Positions 1 through 10,752 of a stretch of DNA of 35,799 nucleotides are shown in pieces (the first letter of the stretch is position 1; each line of letters begins with the position of its first letter). Source of the DNA: Octopus bimaculoides (lineage: Eukaryota); the NCBI RefSeq assembly GCF_001194135.2, contig NC_068981.1, forward strand, positions 148,794,428 through 148,830,226. Reading direction: 5' to 3'. The position numbers and the translations under genes were made by a program. Below the pieces are notes generated by a model. That model saw only the letters and a program-made list of their open reading frames with translations, had not been told where the DNA came from and made no database searches.

Positions 1-53
<53 letters not shown>
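1..53. repeat. (AG)n microsatellite
   Basis: Uninterrupted AG dinucleotide run from the window start. Confidence 0.98.
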
Positions 54-57
<4 letters not shown>

Positions 58-66
58 ATGGCAGTA

Positions 67-317
67 CAGTAATCCCTCGACTATCACGGATGTTCCGTTC
101 CAAACACCACCGCGATAGGTGAAGATCCGCGAAGTGGAAACAGTACTGTACTGCATATTTCTTTTTAGTATTTTTATAATTTGTATATATTTAGTTTATC
201 ATAAATGCAAAACACCACCACAGAGGAATCGACGTAAGCTTAAATAATAAACCGCGATAGGTGAACCGCGATAGGTGAACCGCGATAGGTGAACCACGAT
301 ATGGCGAGGGATTACCA
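67..317. mobile_element. Tc1/mariner-pogo (Tigger-like) MITE, non-autonomous
   Basis: Left end CAGTAATCCCTCGACTATC; right end GATATGGCGAGGGATTACCA is an imperfect inverted copy. TA flanks both sides (65-66, 318-319). No ORF. The motif CCGCGATAGGTGAA occurs at 110-123 and three times in tandem at 252-293. Confidence 0.75.
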
Positions 318-321
318 TATA

Positions 322-747
322 GCAGTATGGATAAGGATTTCGTTTTGTAAAGAAGAGGTCCTGGGTTCAATCTCACTGCACAACATCTTAGTCGAATGTC
401 ATCATCAGTAGCCTCGGATCGATTAATACCATGCCAGTGAAAGTGGGTTGGTGGAAACTGTACGGAAGCTCATCGAAAAGACTGTAATTGTAATTCCAGA
501 AATGTTCTACCTTATCACTCATTGTGACACGTTGATTGTATCTGCGAATTATGAGCACACATGTATAAGAAATGCTTAGCCACTTGCACCTTGATTGAAT
601 GAGCAAGTAATTCAGTTGACCAAACAATTAAATCCTTGTAAAAGATTATTACCCAACCTGAAATACGTACTAGGGTAGATTTAACTGACTAAAATATTCA
701 AGGTAATGCACCATCATAACCGCAGTTCATTGACTGAAACAAGTAAA
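322..747 (+). mobile_element. Old composite tRNA-head SINE (family A head, family B body, family A tail)
   Basis: B-box-like GGTTCAATC at 364-372. 380-476 aligns by eye to the family A copy at 18470-18575, 520-640 to the family B body, and 700-747 to the family A tail (CCGCAGT..TGACTGAAACAAGTAAAA). Confidence 0.6.
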
Positions 748-1069
748 ACAATGAACTTGTACTCCGTCGGTTACGTCGACGAGTTTTCCTGTTGATCCAA
801 TCAACGGAACAGCCTGTTCGTTAAAATTAGTACTTTTAGGTGCTAATGGCTGAGTGCTCCACAGACATGCGCACCTTTAACATATTTCTCGGGGAATTTC
901 AGCGTGAAACAGAATGTGGCCCTTTGGATTACAGGTACAACTCCTTTTTGCCCGCTGAGTGGACTGGAGCATCATGAAGTAGTGTCTTGCTCAAGGACGT
1001 AATACGCCGCCGAGGATCGAATTCAAGATCCTTAACCAAACACCCCAGCCACTAACTCACACGCCTCCA
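748..1069 (-). mobile_element. tRNA-derived SINE (family B) with 13-bp TSD
   Basis: Minus-strand head with A/B-box-like TGAGTTAGTGG and AATTCGATCC, and central GTCCTTGAGCAAGACACT. Flanked by the direct repeat TGAAACAAGTAAA (735-747, 1070-1082). Confidence 0.8.
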
Positions 1070-1688
1070 TGAAACAAGTAAAGATATAAAAGTATTTAAT
1101 AAAAGATTATAGAAGAGACGAACGAAATTATGTGACATTACTTTTCTGATATCCTTTGCTCATGTAACTCAAGCAAGCAAACCCCAATCACAAAATCCGT
1201 GCAAGAGTTCATTTGATGGGCTACGGCACTCGACAAATATTATTACTCTCACTATAAAAATTACTTTTCTATGTTTTGATTATAAATTTATATCTATTTA
1301 AAAACAAAAAGAAATTTTGCTTCCAAAGAAAAACTTATTGGCTTCTATCATCTGAACCCAAATATTAACTGTTTTATGTACATTTATGACTTGAATAAAA
1401 GAACTTGTATCTGCTGTATAAAACTTTGTTGTTAGAATTTACATATTAATAAAAGTATGAATTCAAATGTTAAATTTTTATTTAACTCGACGTTTAATAC
1501 ACATGTTTGCAGTCAATAGAAAGTGATGTTAATTAAGAGAGAATGACCCAACAAATTCTGCAATGTTTGACAAGCGTACCAAAGAACTTCGGAAGTTCTT
1601 TTTTCTTCTTTTCTGACTCTTGCAAAATGTACTATTTCTCTTCTCTATTTCTTTCATGTTTTTTTTTCTCACTTCATATCGCTCTTTG

Positions 1689-1689
<1 letters not shown>

Positions 1690-1729
<40 letters not shown>

Positions 1730-1743
1730 ACACATGCACACGC
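1690..1743. repeat. (AC)n microsatellite
   Basis: AC run with a few interruptions. Confidence 0.95.
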
Positions 1744-2499
1744 ATGAACGCGCGCGCCCAGATACTTATACACACACGCATAGAGGAGCGAAAAAATTGT
1801 ACACAAATACGCGTTTATACACACGACCACATAAATACATCCGTAGACACAATCATCCGTACACACGTAGGAAGATTGCACGAAAGACACTCATATATAT
1901 ACACTGAAAGTTTGCACGAAAATGTTGGAAAACAGGCTGCACTAATCTACATTGCAAACTATCGTGGGGTAAAATAGTCACAGGCTTAGGGTCGTAAGAA
2001 AGCAATAACTATAATAGGTTCGCAGCTATTGCAGTCTGGCGGCTGTAGTAAGATGGAGTTTAAATTGAGAGATTTTTATTATTGGTATATTCACAGGTGT
2101 AGTAGTTTAGAAATGAAGCATCGAGCTTTGTCTTTAGTCATTTTGCTTTGAGTTATGAATCTTGTTGCAAACGCTGAATCATATTGTAAAGATTTGAACC
2201 TTCGAATTTTTACCACATCTTTAATAGTACCATTCATTAATACCTCCTCGCCTACTTTTGCTATATGTATAGATATGTGCAAGTGCATTGTAATGTTCAT
2301 TGACTAGAAATTTAAAAAAAACTTGTAATAAGTAAGCAAAAATAAACAAATACATTCTATGCATATATTTCTTCATTCTTAATTCTTTATTTCCTTAATT
2401 TTAGATTAAAACTCTTAATCCTACCAAATATTATGGTTATCTCTCCTGTAAAACTGTAAGCTAGGATACTCCATGTATTTTTGCTAAAATTATTAATAT

Positions 2500-2690
2500 T
2501 GTTGTTGTTGTTTTGCTTCAGTTCAGGTTTGATAGAAGAGATGTGTTCGAACCTGGAAAATTCCATCGTTTTGCACATCAGAGTCTACATCGTTTAGCGG
2601 TTGTTTATTTAAGGTAATAAGGTGAGATTTGAGGAAGATTTGGTTACTGCTTCTATACGTGAAGATAATTCTGTTGACCACCCATTTCTC
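2500..2690 (+). mobile_element. Diverged interspersed repeat (family F)
   Basis: GTGAGATTTGAGGAAGATTTGGTTACTGCTTCTA recurs in diverged form near 35078-35114 (+) and near 3077-3105, 3628-3665 and 22972-23013 (-). Confidence 0.5.
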
Positions 2691-2954
2691 GAGTATGTCA
2701 CTCGTGTCCTATAATACAAAATTCAGGAAATATATCGTGAGCTAACAGTAGATCTTATAATATAAGTCTTTTGAAATTTTCGATCGAAATAGAATGAAAT
2801 TCAAAGATTTCTAATTCCCGTTATGACAATTAAACAAAACTTTTGTGGAATTTACTCCGAGTTACCTAACTCCAATTTAGCTGAAGCTTGAAATATATTT
2901 TTATCTAATATTTTCTTCATCATTTATATTTTTGTCGCTTGGTTTGATCTGTAG

Positions 2955-2997
2955 GAATGGTCTGCGTCACATGGCCTTGACAGGCCTTCTGAGACAG
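2955..2997 (+). other. Candidate internal exon, 43 nt, gene unidentified
   Basis: T-rich tract ending TGTAG|G, branch-like CTAAT near 2905, donor CAG|GTGAGA, and GC-richer than the flanks. Open frames read EWSASHGLDRPSET or NGLRHMALTGLLRQ. Confidence 0.4.
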
Positions 2998-3059
2998 GTG
3001 AGATTAACGCAGATGTTTCTTTTGAACAGATGTGATTCGTCTCAGTTTTTGTTTGCGTA

Positions 3060-3245
3060 TTTCTGAGATATCACTTGCTAGAAATAGCTAGTGAATATTT
3101 CTCTAATAACAATATGGTGTTTTAAAAATGGACAAATGAATATAATTGGTAGTGATTTTCAAAGTAATCGTTGAAGATCATAGTTGAAAAGTCTGTCATT
3201 ATAGATGTGTTCAAGCAGGATAGACTTGGAGCTAATCAACAACAT
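3060..3245 (-). mobile_element. Diverged interspersed repeat (family F)
   Basis: CTAGAAATAGCTAGTGAATATTTCTC is the reverse complement of the family F core motif. Confidence 0.35.
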
Positions 3246-3589
3246 ATTTTTCAGTTTTTGGTATTTTCTGTTTCAAACATAATTAATTGAACTATTTCTA
3301 TTCGGCTCTTATTGCATCATCATAGTTTTGTTTCCAGTAAACTTACAATATAGTAATTGTCTCATATTTAGAAACTCTTATCTTCTCAGATTCGAAATAT
3401 GATTAACATTAATGATATTTTTCTTCTCGGTAGGAGTGTAATTTTAAATGATTAAAAATCATTTTGGGCTCATTACACTATATTAACCTGCATTTAACTA
3501 CATCTTCTTTTGGCACAAAGCATCCCTTGTACATTTTCCCATGTCAGTATGACGAGGGTTGTGCGTTTGTCACTGAAAAAATAAAATAA

Positions 3590-3810
3590 AGCGAGGCAAC
3601 GACACAACCTCAACATGTTCGCTTAACCTGTTAAAAATTGCCGGTAAATCTTCTTCATATCAGCCCTGTTTACATGAAAAAAAGTAGGATGTATTGAATA
3701 ATGTAGACCGGGGTATATGATAGTTAGAAAAATGGTGTAATATTCACAAATGGAATACCTTTTCATCGATCACATATAATCTGTGATTAAACAGCAACAA
3801 TAACAATTAA
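3590..3810 (-). mobile_element. Diverged interspersed repeat (family F)
   Basis: Reverse-orientation match to the family F core near 3628-3665, with an AACAATAACAA end like the TTGTTGTT start of the 2500 copy. Confidence 0.35.
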
Positions 3811-4190
3811 CTCGACAATAGCAACCCTTTACTTTCTTATCTGCTCTATATATTACAATGAGTAGCTTCAGAGGTAAGCTATAATGTATTCTGACTCTAT
3901 CATCAAATTTCAAATTGGGAATAATTCAAGTGAACAATAGCAAAAGGTACTTATTAGTGTAAAAGATTACGAAGATATGGAGGAAAAAAAAAGAAGAATG
4001 TGGTCGATGCATTTGAGAAGTCCTTCGATGTGCGTCTTTTACGACAAAATAAAGACAAGATGAGGATATAGTCAACTAAATGACCGATTCCGTATAACGA
4101 TCAATGTCGAAAAACTGAAACGAGGAAGAGAGTAAATGTATAATATCATGTAGATGTATATGTGAGTATGCATATATATATATATATATA

Positions 4191-4325
4191 NNNNNNNNNN
4201 NNNNNNNNNNNNNNNNNNNNNNNNNNNNNNNNNNNNNNNNNNNNNNNNNNNNNNNNNNNNNNNNNNNNNNNNNNNNNNNNNNNNNNNNNNNNNNNNNNNN
4301 NNNNNNNNNNNNNNNNNNNNNNNNN
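4191..4325. other. Assembly gap (N run)
   Basis: N run flanked by (TA)n. The other gaps are 6607-6753, 13234-13897, 15889-16639, 17282-17685, 24083-24691, 29496-29758 and 34075-34514. Confidence 1.
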
Positions 4326-4349
4326 GCATGTATGTATATATATATATAT

Positions 4350-4380
<31 letters not shown>

Positions 4381-4388
<8 letters not shown>

Positions 4389-5035
4389 AGAAGGGATGAC
4401 AACTAAGTGGACATCCTATATGCTAGAAAGAGGTCATCAACGACCCAACCACAAAGAAAAATAATGTTCTTCAGAAAAATTTCGCAAAACACCAGAGCAT
4501 AAGCGGGCAAGACAAAATGCGAAATATACAGAATAAAGAATTAATTGTGTACCGGTTTCGAACATTAACGTTTTACTTATGTAACAACATCCGTGTTCTC
4601 ATCAGCACGATCGTTCTAGAATCAATATAATTTGCAGAACTATACACGAATTGTCTTCATAAAACAAAACTTGCGTACAGTTCTACCGATTACATTGGGG
4701 CTATTTTTCAAAATGTCTCAGCTCTGGCGCGTCAAATTCCGGAAACAATTCTCCAGAGAATAATTCACTGCAGTATATATTGCCGACTGGAGAACATAAT
4801 TATTTAAATTATTATTTATATATAGAGGGCGATAAATTGAATATTAATTCAATTTAAAACCAAGTGGCCTAGCATATAAAAAATCTGAAAATTCAGAAAA
4901 ATTGTATTACATGTGTATAAGAAGGGATGACCACTAAGTGGACATCCTATATGCTAGAAAGAGGTCATCAACGATCCAACCACAACGAAAAATAATGTTC
5001 TCCAGAAAAATTTCACAAAACACCAGAGCATGAGC
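4381..5035 (-). mobile_element. Penelope-like pLTR / retrozyme-like unit: 124-bp direct repeats around a hammerhead ribozyme
   Basis: 4381-4504 and 4912-5035 differ at 6 of 124 positions (offset 531 bp). The spacer holds a complete hammerhead on the minus strand. No ORF. Confidence 0.6.
4544..4611 (-). ncRNA. Minimal type I hammerhead ribozyme
   Basis: Minus strand reads AUCGUG-CUGAUGA-GAACA..UGUUC-GAAA-CCGG-UA-CACAAU. All core nucleotides are canonical. Stem I pairs 5 of 6, stem II has 5 bp plus an extension, stem III is the palindrome ACCGGU, and the cleavage triplet is GUA. Confidence 0.85.
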
Positions 5036-5594
5036 TGTAACTGTGATAGAGGCGAAGGCAGCGATGTTGATGGTAGTGGTAGTGGTAGTGGTAGCCGAGG
5101 CGGTGAAAGATGAAGTGAGAGTAAGCGATGTGAAAGACAGTGGTGAGGGTGATGAAGGGGAAGGCAGCAAAGTCAAAGGCATTGATGACGATGGCGTCAG
5201 AAGTCTGAATAGTGTGTGTATGGTAGATGTGGTGGCGATGTTGCTTATTATGCAGCTTCGCAATAAGTTCCAAGTCGACAAATTATAACATTGTTTTGAT
5301 GAAAATTGTTCATTGCTTGAAAAATATTGTTGAAGTTTAATAAAGTTTTATATGTACTCAATGCATGAAGTGTCATTGTTGGGCCCAAGGCCTAATGAAG
5401 AGCTTTTAGGCTAGTATGTGCGTATGTGTGTGTATGTGTGTGTCTGTGTATCGGGCGGCTTTTAAGCTAGTATAGATATGTATGTGTTATAAAAACCTGT
5501 CTAGACCCGCGTCTCCAATCACAAGAAACTATTAATAACTCGTACCTTTATACTGTGTAAATTAAGTAATACATAGGCGCGCGCTCGCGCACAC

Positions 5595-5634
<40 letters not shown>

Positions 5635-5835
5635 TTAAACATACTTATTTTCTGCTGTTTATTTCAACATGCATTCTGATAAAACATATATACTGTCTTA
5701 CTAATATCTTAGTCAGCTTCAACTGTCAACGTAATGGTGTAAATCTCATAGATTATTACTTTAGATGTATAGTGGAGATATCAGAAATATTTTCACACAG
5801 ATATACACACATATTCTTACTAAGATACACAGTCA

Positions 5836-5836
<1 letters not shown>

Positions 5837-5926
<90 letters not shown>

Positions 5927-5950
5927 ATGTCTGTCTGTCTGTCTGTTTGT
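5837..5950. repeat. Compound (ATCT)n-(GTCT)n microsatellite
   Basis: Tetranucleotide arrays read directly. Confidence 0.95.
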
Positions 5951-6164
5951 GTGTCTGTCTGCTTTTCCGTCTTTCTGTCCGTCAGTATGTCTGTATGAAC
6001 GGATGGCTGGCTACTTATACGTATAAATATTTACACTCATTCACTTATATACATACAGTTATATGCAACAAAAGCACTATATACATGCATACAGGTATTT
6101 ATAATTGCATATACGTATGTGTGTATACAAACATACGTTTTGGGATCACCAATACTTTATTATC

Positions 6165-6410
6165 TCCCCTTCTTTCTACCTCTCCTGACAAACCTTTTTT
6201 CCCAACCACTCACCATGCTTGATCACTAAATCAACATGTTCTTTTATTCTCTATCTGTTTATTTTTTCTTATTCCTTTCTGTTGAAGGCTCGAGACTTAA
6301 AAGACTTTCTCGCTTTCCCGAGCGTTAAACTAATACACCTGCTTGTTGTTCATACACCTGTCTTCGTCTTTTGTTTTTCCGTAAATTTCAACTTTATATC
6401 TATATTTATA
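6165..6410 (+). mobile_element. Probable Penelope-like pLTR-derived repeat, decayed
   Basis: Pyrimidine-rich lead-in, then CTGTTGAAGGCTCGAGAC (6279-6296), which resembles a collapsed hammerhead core. The related GCTCGAAACGTC occurs near 15727-15738. The family assignment is from recall. Confidence 0.35.
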
Positions 6411-6930
6411 TATGTATGCATTTTACGCGTTTTAGTCATTGGACTGAAGCTTTGCTGGGGTACCGTCTTGTGGGGTTTAGTAGTTGGTAGGAATAGAGTT
6501 TCTAAAATAGATAGGAAGATTCGAACTATTACTTCTGTCCAATGGTAGAACGGGTCTGAATTATTTCACAACCTCTTGAAGTTTCGAAATTAAAATGACG
6601 CCAAATNNNNNNNNNNNNNNNNNNNNNNNNNNNNNNNNNNNNNNNNNNNNNNNNNNNNNNNNNNNNNNNNNNNNNNNNNNNNNNNNNNNNNNNNNNNNNN
6701 NNNNNNNNNNNNNNNNNNNNNNNNNNNNNNNNNNNNNNNNNNNNNNNNNNNNNGTGTGTATATATATGTATATGTATATATATAGAGATCTGACGTAATG
6801 GATGCATTTCCTATCATGTATCACGTAAATCTGAAACGTACGTATTAAATGATTTCAAAACACCACTATTTGGTTTAACTTTATTATTGTAACTTACATA
6901 TATGTGTGTGGTGTGTGTCTGTGCATGTGC

Positions 6931-6990
<60 letters not shown>

Positions 6991-8569
6991 ATATGTAAGT
7001 ATTGATATGCATGTATTTATGTATGTGTAGTCTTGTGGGCTTCTGTATTGCAGAAACACACCACTGTTAATTAGAATCAGAACATAATCAATATTGGCTT
7101 GCGGAGTGAGAGGGTAAACTAACGAGTGATCCGTATATCAAACTTAGTTCCAATTTATGCTTGGGAATTGTTTAATTTCATTTACTGCACTAATAGTTTT
7201 ATAAATATCTGAAAACCTCATCTCTTCTTGCCTTGTGCCAATGTAAGACATCAGATATTGAATAGTAGTTCTGGTTAAATTATCTTTTAATCCTCCAGTG
7301 TCGATAAAATAAGTAGCAATTATAATCCAGGGAATCAACCAGCGATAATACAGCTCCCTATCTGTATTACTTATCCCCACATAATTCTGCGAGAATCACG
7401 TAAGTATGTGATAGTGAGCATAAGTCCAATAGCAAGTTTGGGTTGGAAAGGATTTATAACTTAAATAAGTTTGTTAGTTATTTTGAAATTTAATTACTGA
7501 AGCGGGCACCAATAGTCTATAGTAAATTATATCATTAAACATAGTCATCATCGTATTTTATTGAGTAGAAAAGCATCTGGGATTTGTACAATAACAACAT
7601 TTTCCGGGGACTGACTAGGAAATGTGTTTGAATTTGAGTCTGTTTGTGTGTATGTGTGTGTGAGTGAGTGTGTGTATGCGCGAGCGCGTGTATGTGTTTA
7701 TTTTTAATATGTATGTATTTAAATTATAAACATATATATTATTTGAATTCTTCTTACAATGAGGGACCTGGTTTCTAACAAAGAAACGAAATCCTATCTC
7801 TTGAAGATTGGACAACAAACAACAATATTTATTATATGTTGAACTTTAAAAATGTCATGCACGATTTTACACGCTTACGCGTAAAGTATTGGTTCTGTGG
7901 TCGCTTTCTTTGGCTAAATAATCAGAACACAGAAGTTGCAGATTTCGAAGCAGTTCTCTATAAATAATTTCTTACTTGGGAATTTTGGGAGATATATTCA
8001 CATCTGCAGAAGAGCTGACCACCATGACTGTACATCCTTTTTTCCTTTTTTCTCTCAAATATCACGTCAGTTCTGGTTGTCCTGAGTGGAAGTCACCATT
8101 ATTCCTTGTGTTGATGTGTATGACATGTATGAATGATATGTGTGTGAATGTATAAATATGATATATATCTGCATTCACATACAGATATACACATATCAGA
8201 AAAAAAAACCCACTTAGATAAGTACAGAAGTTTAAGTATCTCAAATCGTATTTATGAGTGTTGGGAAGCACGAGGCTGAATTGAATGATGAAATTGCAGC
8301 TCCAGTATTCGATCTTCAGAAGAGAGGCTGGATCTTAACTGATTTCTTCCAGAAAGAGTAAGATACACAAACAGTCGAACCGAGAGAGAAAGAGAGAAAT
8401 TAAGAGAGAGAGAGAAAGAGATAGAGAAGGAGTGAAAGAGAGAATAATGCATGCAACAAGCAACAAATAGCGACAACAACAGTATTGATAAAAGTGTTGT
8501 GACTTGAGTGATGGATTAACTGCTTAAATTTTCTGGATTTACTAATGAAGCGGCTGTATTATTTCATTA

Positions 8570-8770
8570 AACGGCGAACCGGCGGAATAGTTAGCACGCT
8601 GGACTAAAATGCTTAGCACTTCCCCCGGCTTTTTATTCTGAGTTCAAATTTTGCCCAGGTCAGCTTTGTCTTTCGTTCTTTCGGAAGTTGATAAAATAAA
8701 GTATCATTCAAGTAATGGAGTCGATGCAATCGACATGCCCCTTCCTCTCAAAATTGCTCTATTTTGAATC
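8570..8770 (+). mobile_element. tRNA-head SINE (family D), diverged
   Basis: Matches the copy at 23890-24082: GTTAGCACGC..AAATGCTTAGC..CTGAGTTCAAATT..GTCGATGCAATCGAC. Confidence 0.8.
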
Positions 8771-10519
8771 CTGTAAAGGACCGGCGCTTCGTCCAGGGAG
8801 GAATGTGATCTCGATCCCATATACACCATGGAAACCGGCCTTAAGAAGTCCTAAGGCTCGAAAACATATATATAACTCTTTAATATGATGTTAAATTCAC
8901 ACATTGCGTGTTTCAATGTTAAGACTGACTTTAGTTTGCAGACGAATTCACTGTCAATTCTACTAAGCATAAAATGCCGAGTTGGTTTGATGTAGAACAT
9001 TAGCAAGTGTTGGACTGATTCAGCCTATACCAAGGGTTATTGCCAAATTGCTTAGTAAGAACCACATATGACATTTTTAAATGTTTAAGAGCGGCAATAT
9101 ATATATTTAAAACTTAAGAGCACTGCTAACGCAGTAGCACACGGTATTGACTTATAAAATCGTTTAATATATTTTGTAGTATATTATGGTTCCATAACGA
9201 AATGCCTTGTCCCTACAAGTCATTAATATCTATGTACCAGCTTCCAGGAATATTTCAAAAATCATATTCATAAATAAGAGAATATAATGCTACATAATTT
9301 TTCTTACGAAAGTATACTGAATAATACTTAACTCGTTCAAAGCTTTTATTGAGTCTTAATGTTTTTCAGTTAGTACTTTAAATTCCGGCTGGTAGGATGT
9401 TAAAACTGTTTACGAATAAAATAGCACTAATATTCAATATTATCTCGAGAGTCGCACATGGTTACTTTGAGAGTAGCAGTTTGGTCACCGTTGCTCTCGA
9501 CAGTTGTAGTTTGCCGGATCATAATTGAGTAGAGTTACTCACAAGCATCTTGTTTAATAACAAAGGTATGTGCCTAGCTTCAGTTATCACATGATTAAGA
9601 TTGTACTACGACTTTATGAGAATAAAACTAATCACGCCAAAGAGAGCATTTTCAAAACTATCTCTTTTTTTATATCTTTGTATCCAACTACTAAGTGAAG
9701 TACTTGTCTTTTTATTGCCTGGAGGAGGTGCATTTGCCCAATATTATCAACGATTCTCAGATTTTAAAAGCCCTCTCAACCAAATTTCAACATGACAATT
9801 CTTGGTATGATAAGTCTATGACAGGATAAAACAATAAAGTTTTAAAGGTCTCAAGAGAGACTGAGAGAAGAAGAGAGAAAGAAAAAGAGAGGGAGAGAGA
9901 ACAAAAGGGGGCGATAGGAGATAGAGAAATGTACTCTCTGGATAGAACAATCGACTGATTTGCTTCTATTGTGGCGCGATTTTTATTTTTCGTGTGGATT
10001 ATCTGCAAATTATATATATATATCATGTTGAATACACCGTGTAACAATAATAATTTGGTCACGTTGCATATAAGCAACGTAAGCACAGTGTTATGCATAT
10101 TTTATGCTGGCATCTTAACATTTACATACAAAATTGGTAACTTCATATTTATCATTTAATGTTTGTTGAGAACGTTATATTTATTGTGTTTTGTATTTTT
10201 ATCTTTTAGTCAAGAGAGAAGGCTAAACGAACGACCCTTTACAACCTCCATAATTAGTGGAAGGGAGGAAAGAACGTATCTTCAAACTGGAGACCCGATT
10301 CGAATGCGTGCAACAAACTGGACTCGAAACACCGTAGTTCACCGTACTGGTACATTTTTCTTGGTTTTCTTGTCATTAAGAAGATAAAATACATATTTAC
10401 CCTTTTCTAGAAGACCAATCTATCACCAAGTAAATTTACCCACAGTGGGAAGGAATGAACTAAGCCATACAATTTAACAAATCTCTTGTCGATTTGTCTT
10501 CTATACTACTAGGTGACCA

Positions 10520-10752
10520 AGTAGTTAGATATTTAGCTTTACGATCGAAAAGTCATTGGTTCAGACCACGGACCAGGTGGCGCATTGTGTCCCTGAGAAA
10601 GACACTTGATTTCGCATTGTTTCAGTCTACTAGCAGTAAATGAGAATTAACAAGCAGAGAACAGGCCTTCCGTCCAGTGGAGAATTTATACTGTGTCTCT
10701 TATACGCTATAGAAACAAGAATAAGATCCTGTCAAATGAGTCTGTAGGCTCG
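10520..10752 (+). mobile_element. Diverged tRNA-head SINE (family E)
   Basis: B-box-like GGTTCAGACC, then TGTGTCCCTGAGAAAGACACT (shared with family B). The tail (CGTCCAG..GAAAC..GGCTCGA) is also present as a fragment near 8775-8865. Confidence 0.5.

Noticed and set aside
1581-1610. 21-bp palindrome AAAGAACTTC-G-GAAGTTCTTT followed by a T tract, resembling an intrinsic terminator
   Set aside because: Eukaryotic context, no upstream gene, and a single-base spacer; no function can be supported.
2091-2300. Protein-looking minus ORF (KVGEEVLMNGTIKDVVKIRRF...)
   Set aside because: No recognisable motif and no convincing splice signals.
5043-5288. ORF rich in V/D/E/G
   Set aside because: Derived from degenerate GTA/GTG/GAT repeats; open on both strands because of low complexity.
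7144-7380. 78-aa minus ORF
   Set aside because: Overlaps a decayed plus-strand family D SINE fragment; no domain recognised.
8880-9060. Possible hAT C-terminal relic (LKSVLTLKHAMCEF) on the minus strand
   Set aside because: Too few diagnostic residues and no TIR/TSD identified.
10210-10350. Strong acceptor plus open frame (QERRLNERPF..), and a GAGACC/GGACTC-GAAAC-ACC-GTA hammerhead-like arrangement
   Set aside because: No good donor for an exon, and the CUGANGA core is missing for a ribozyme.
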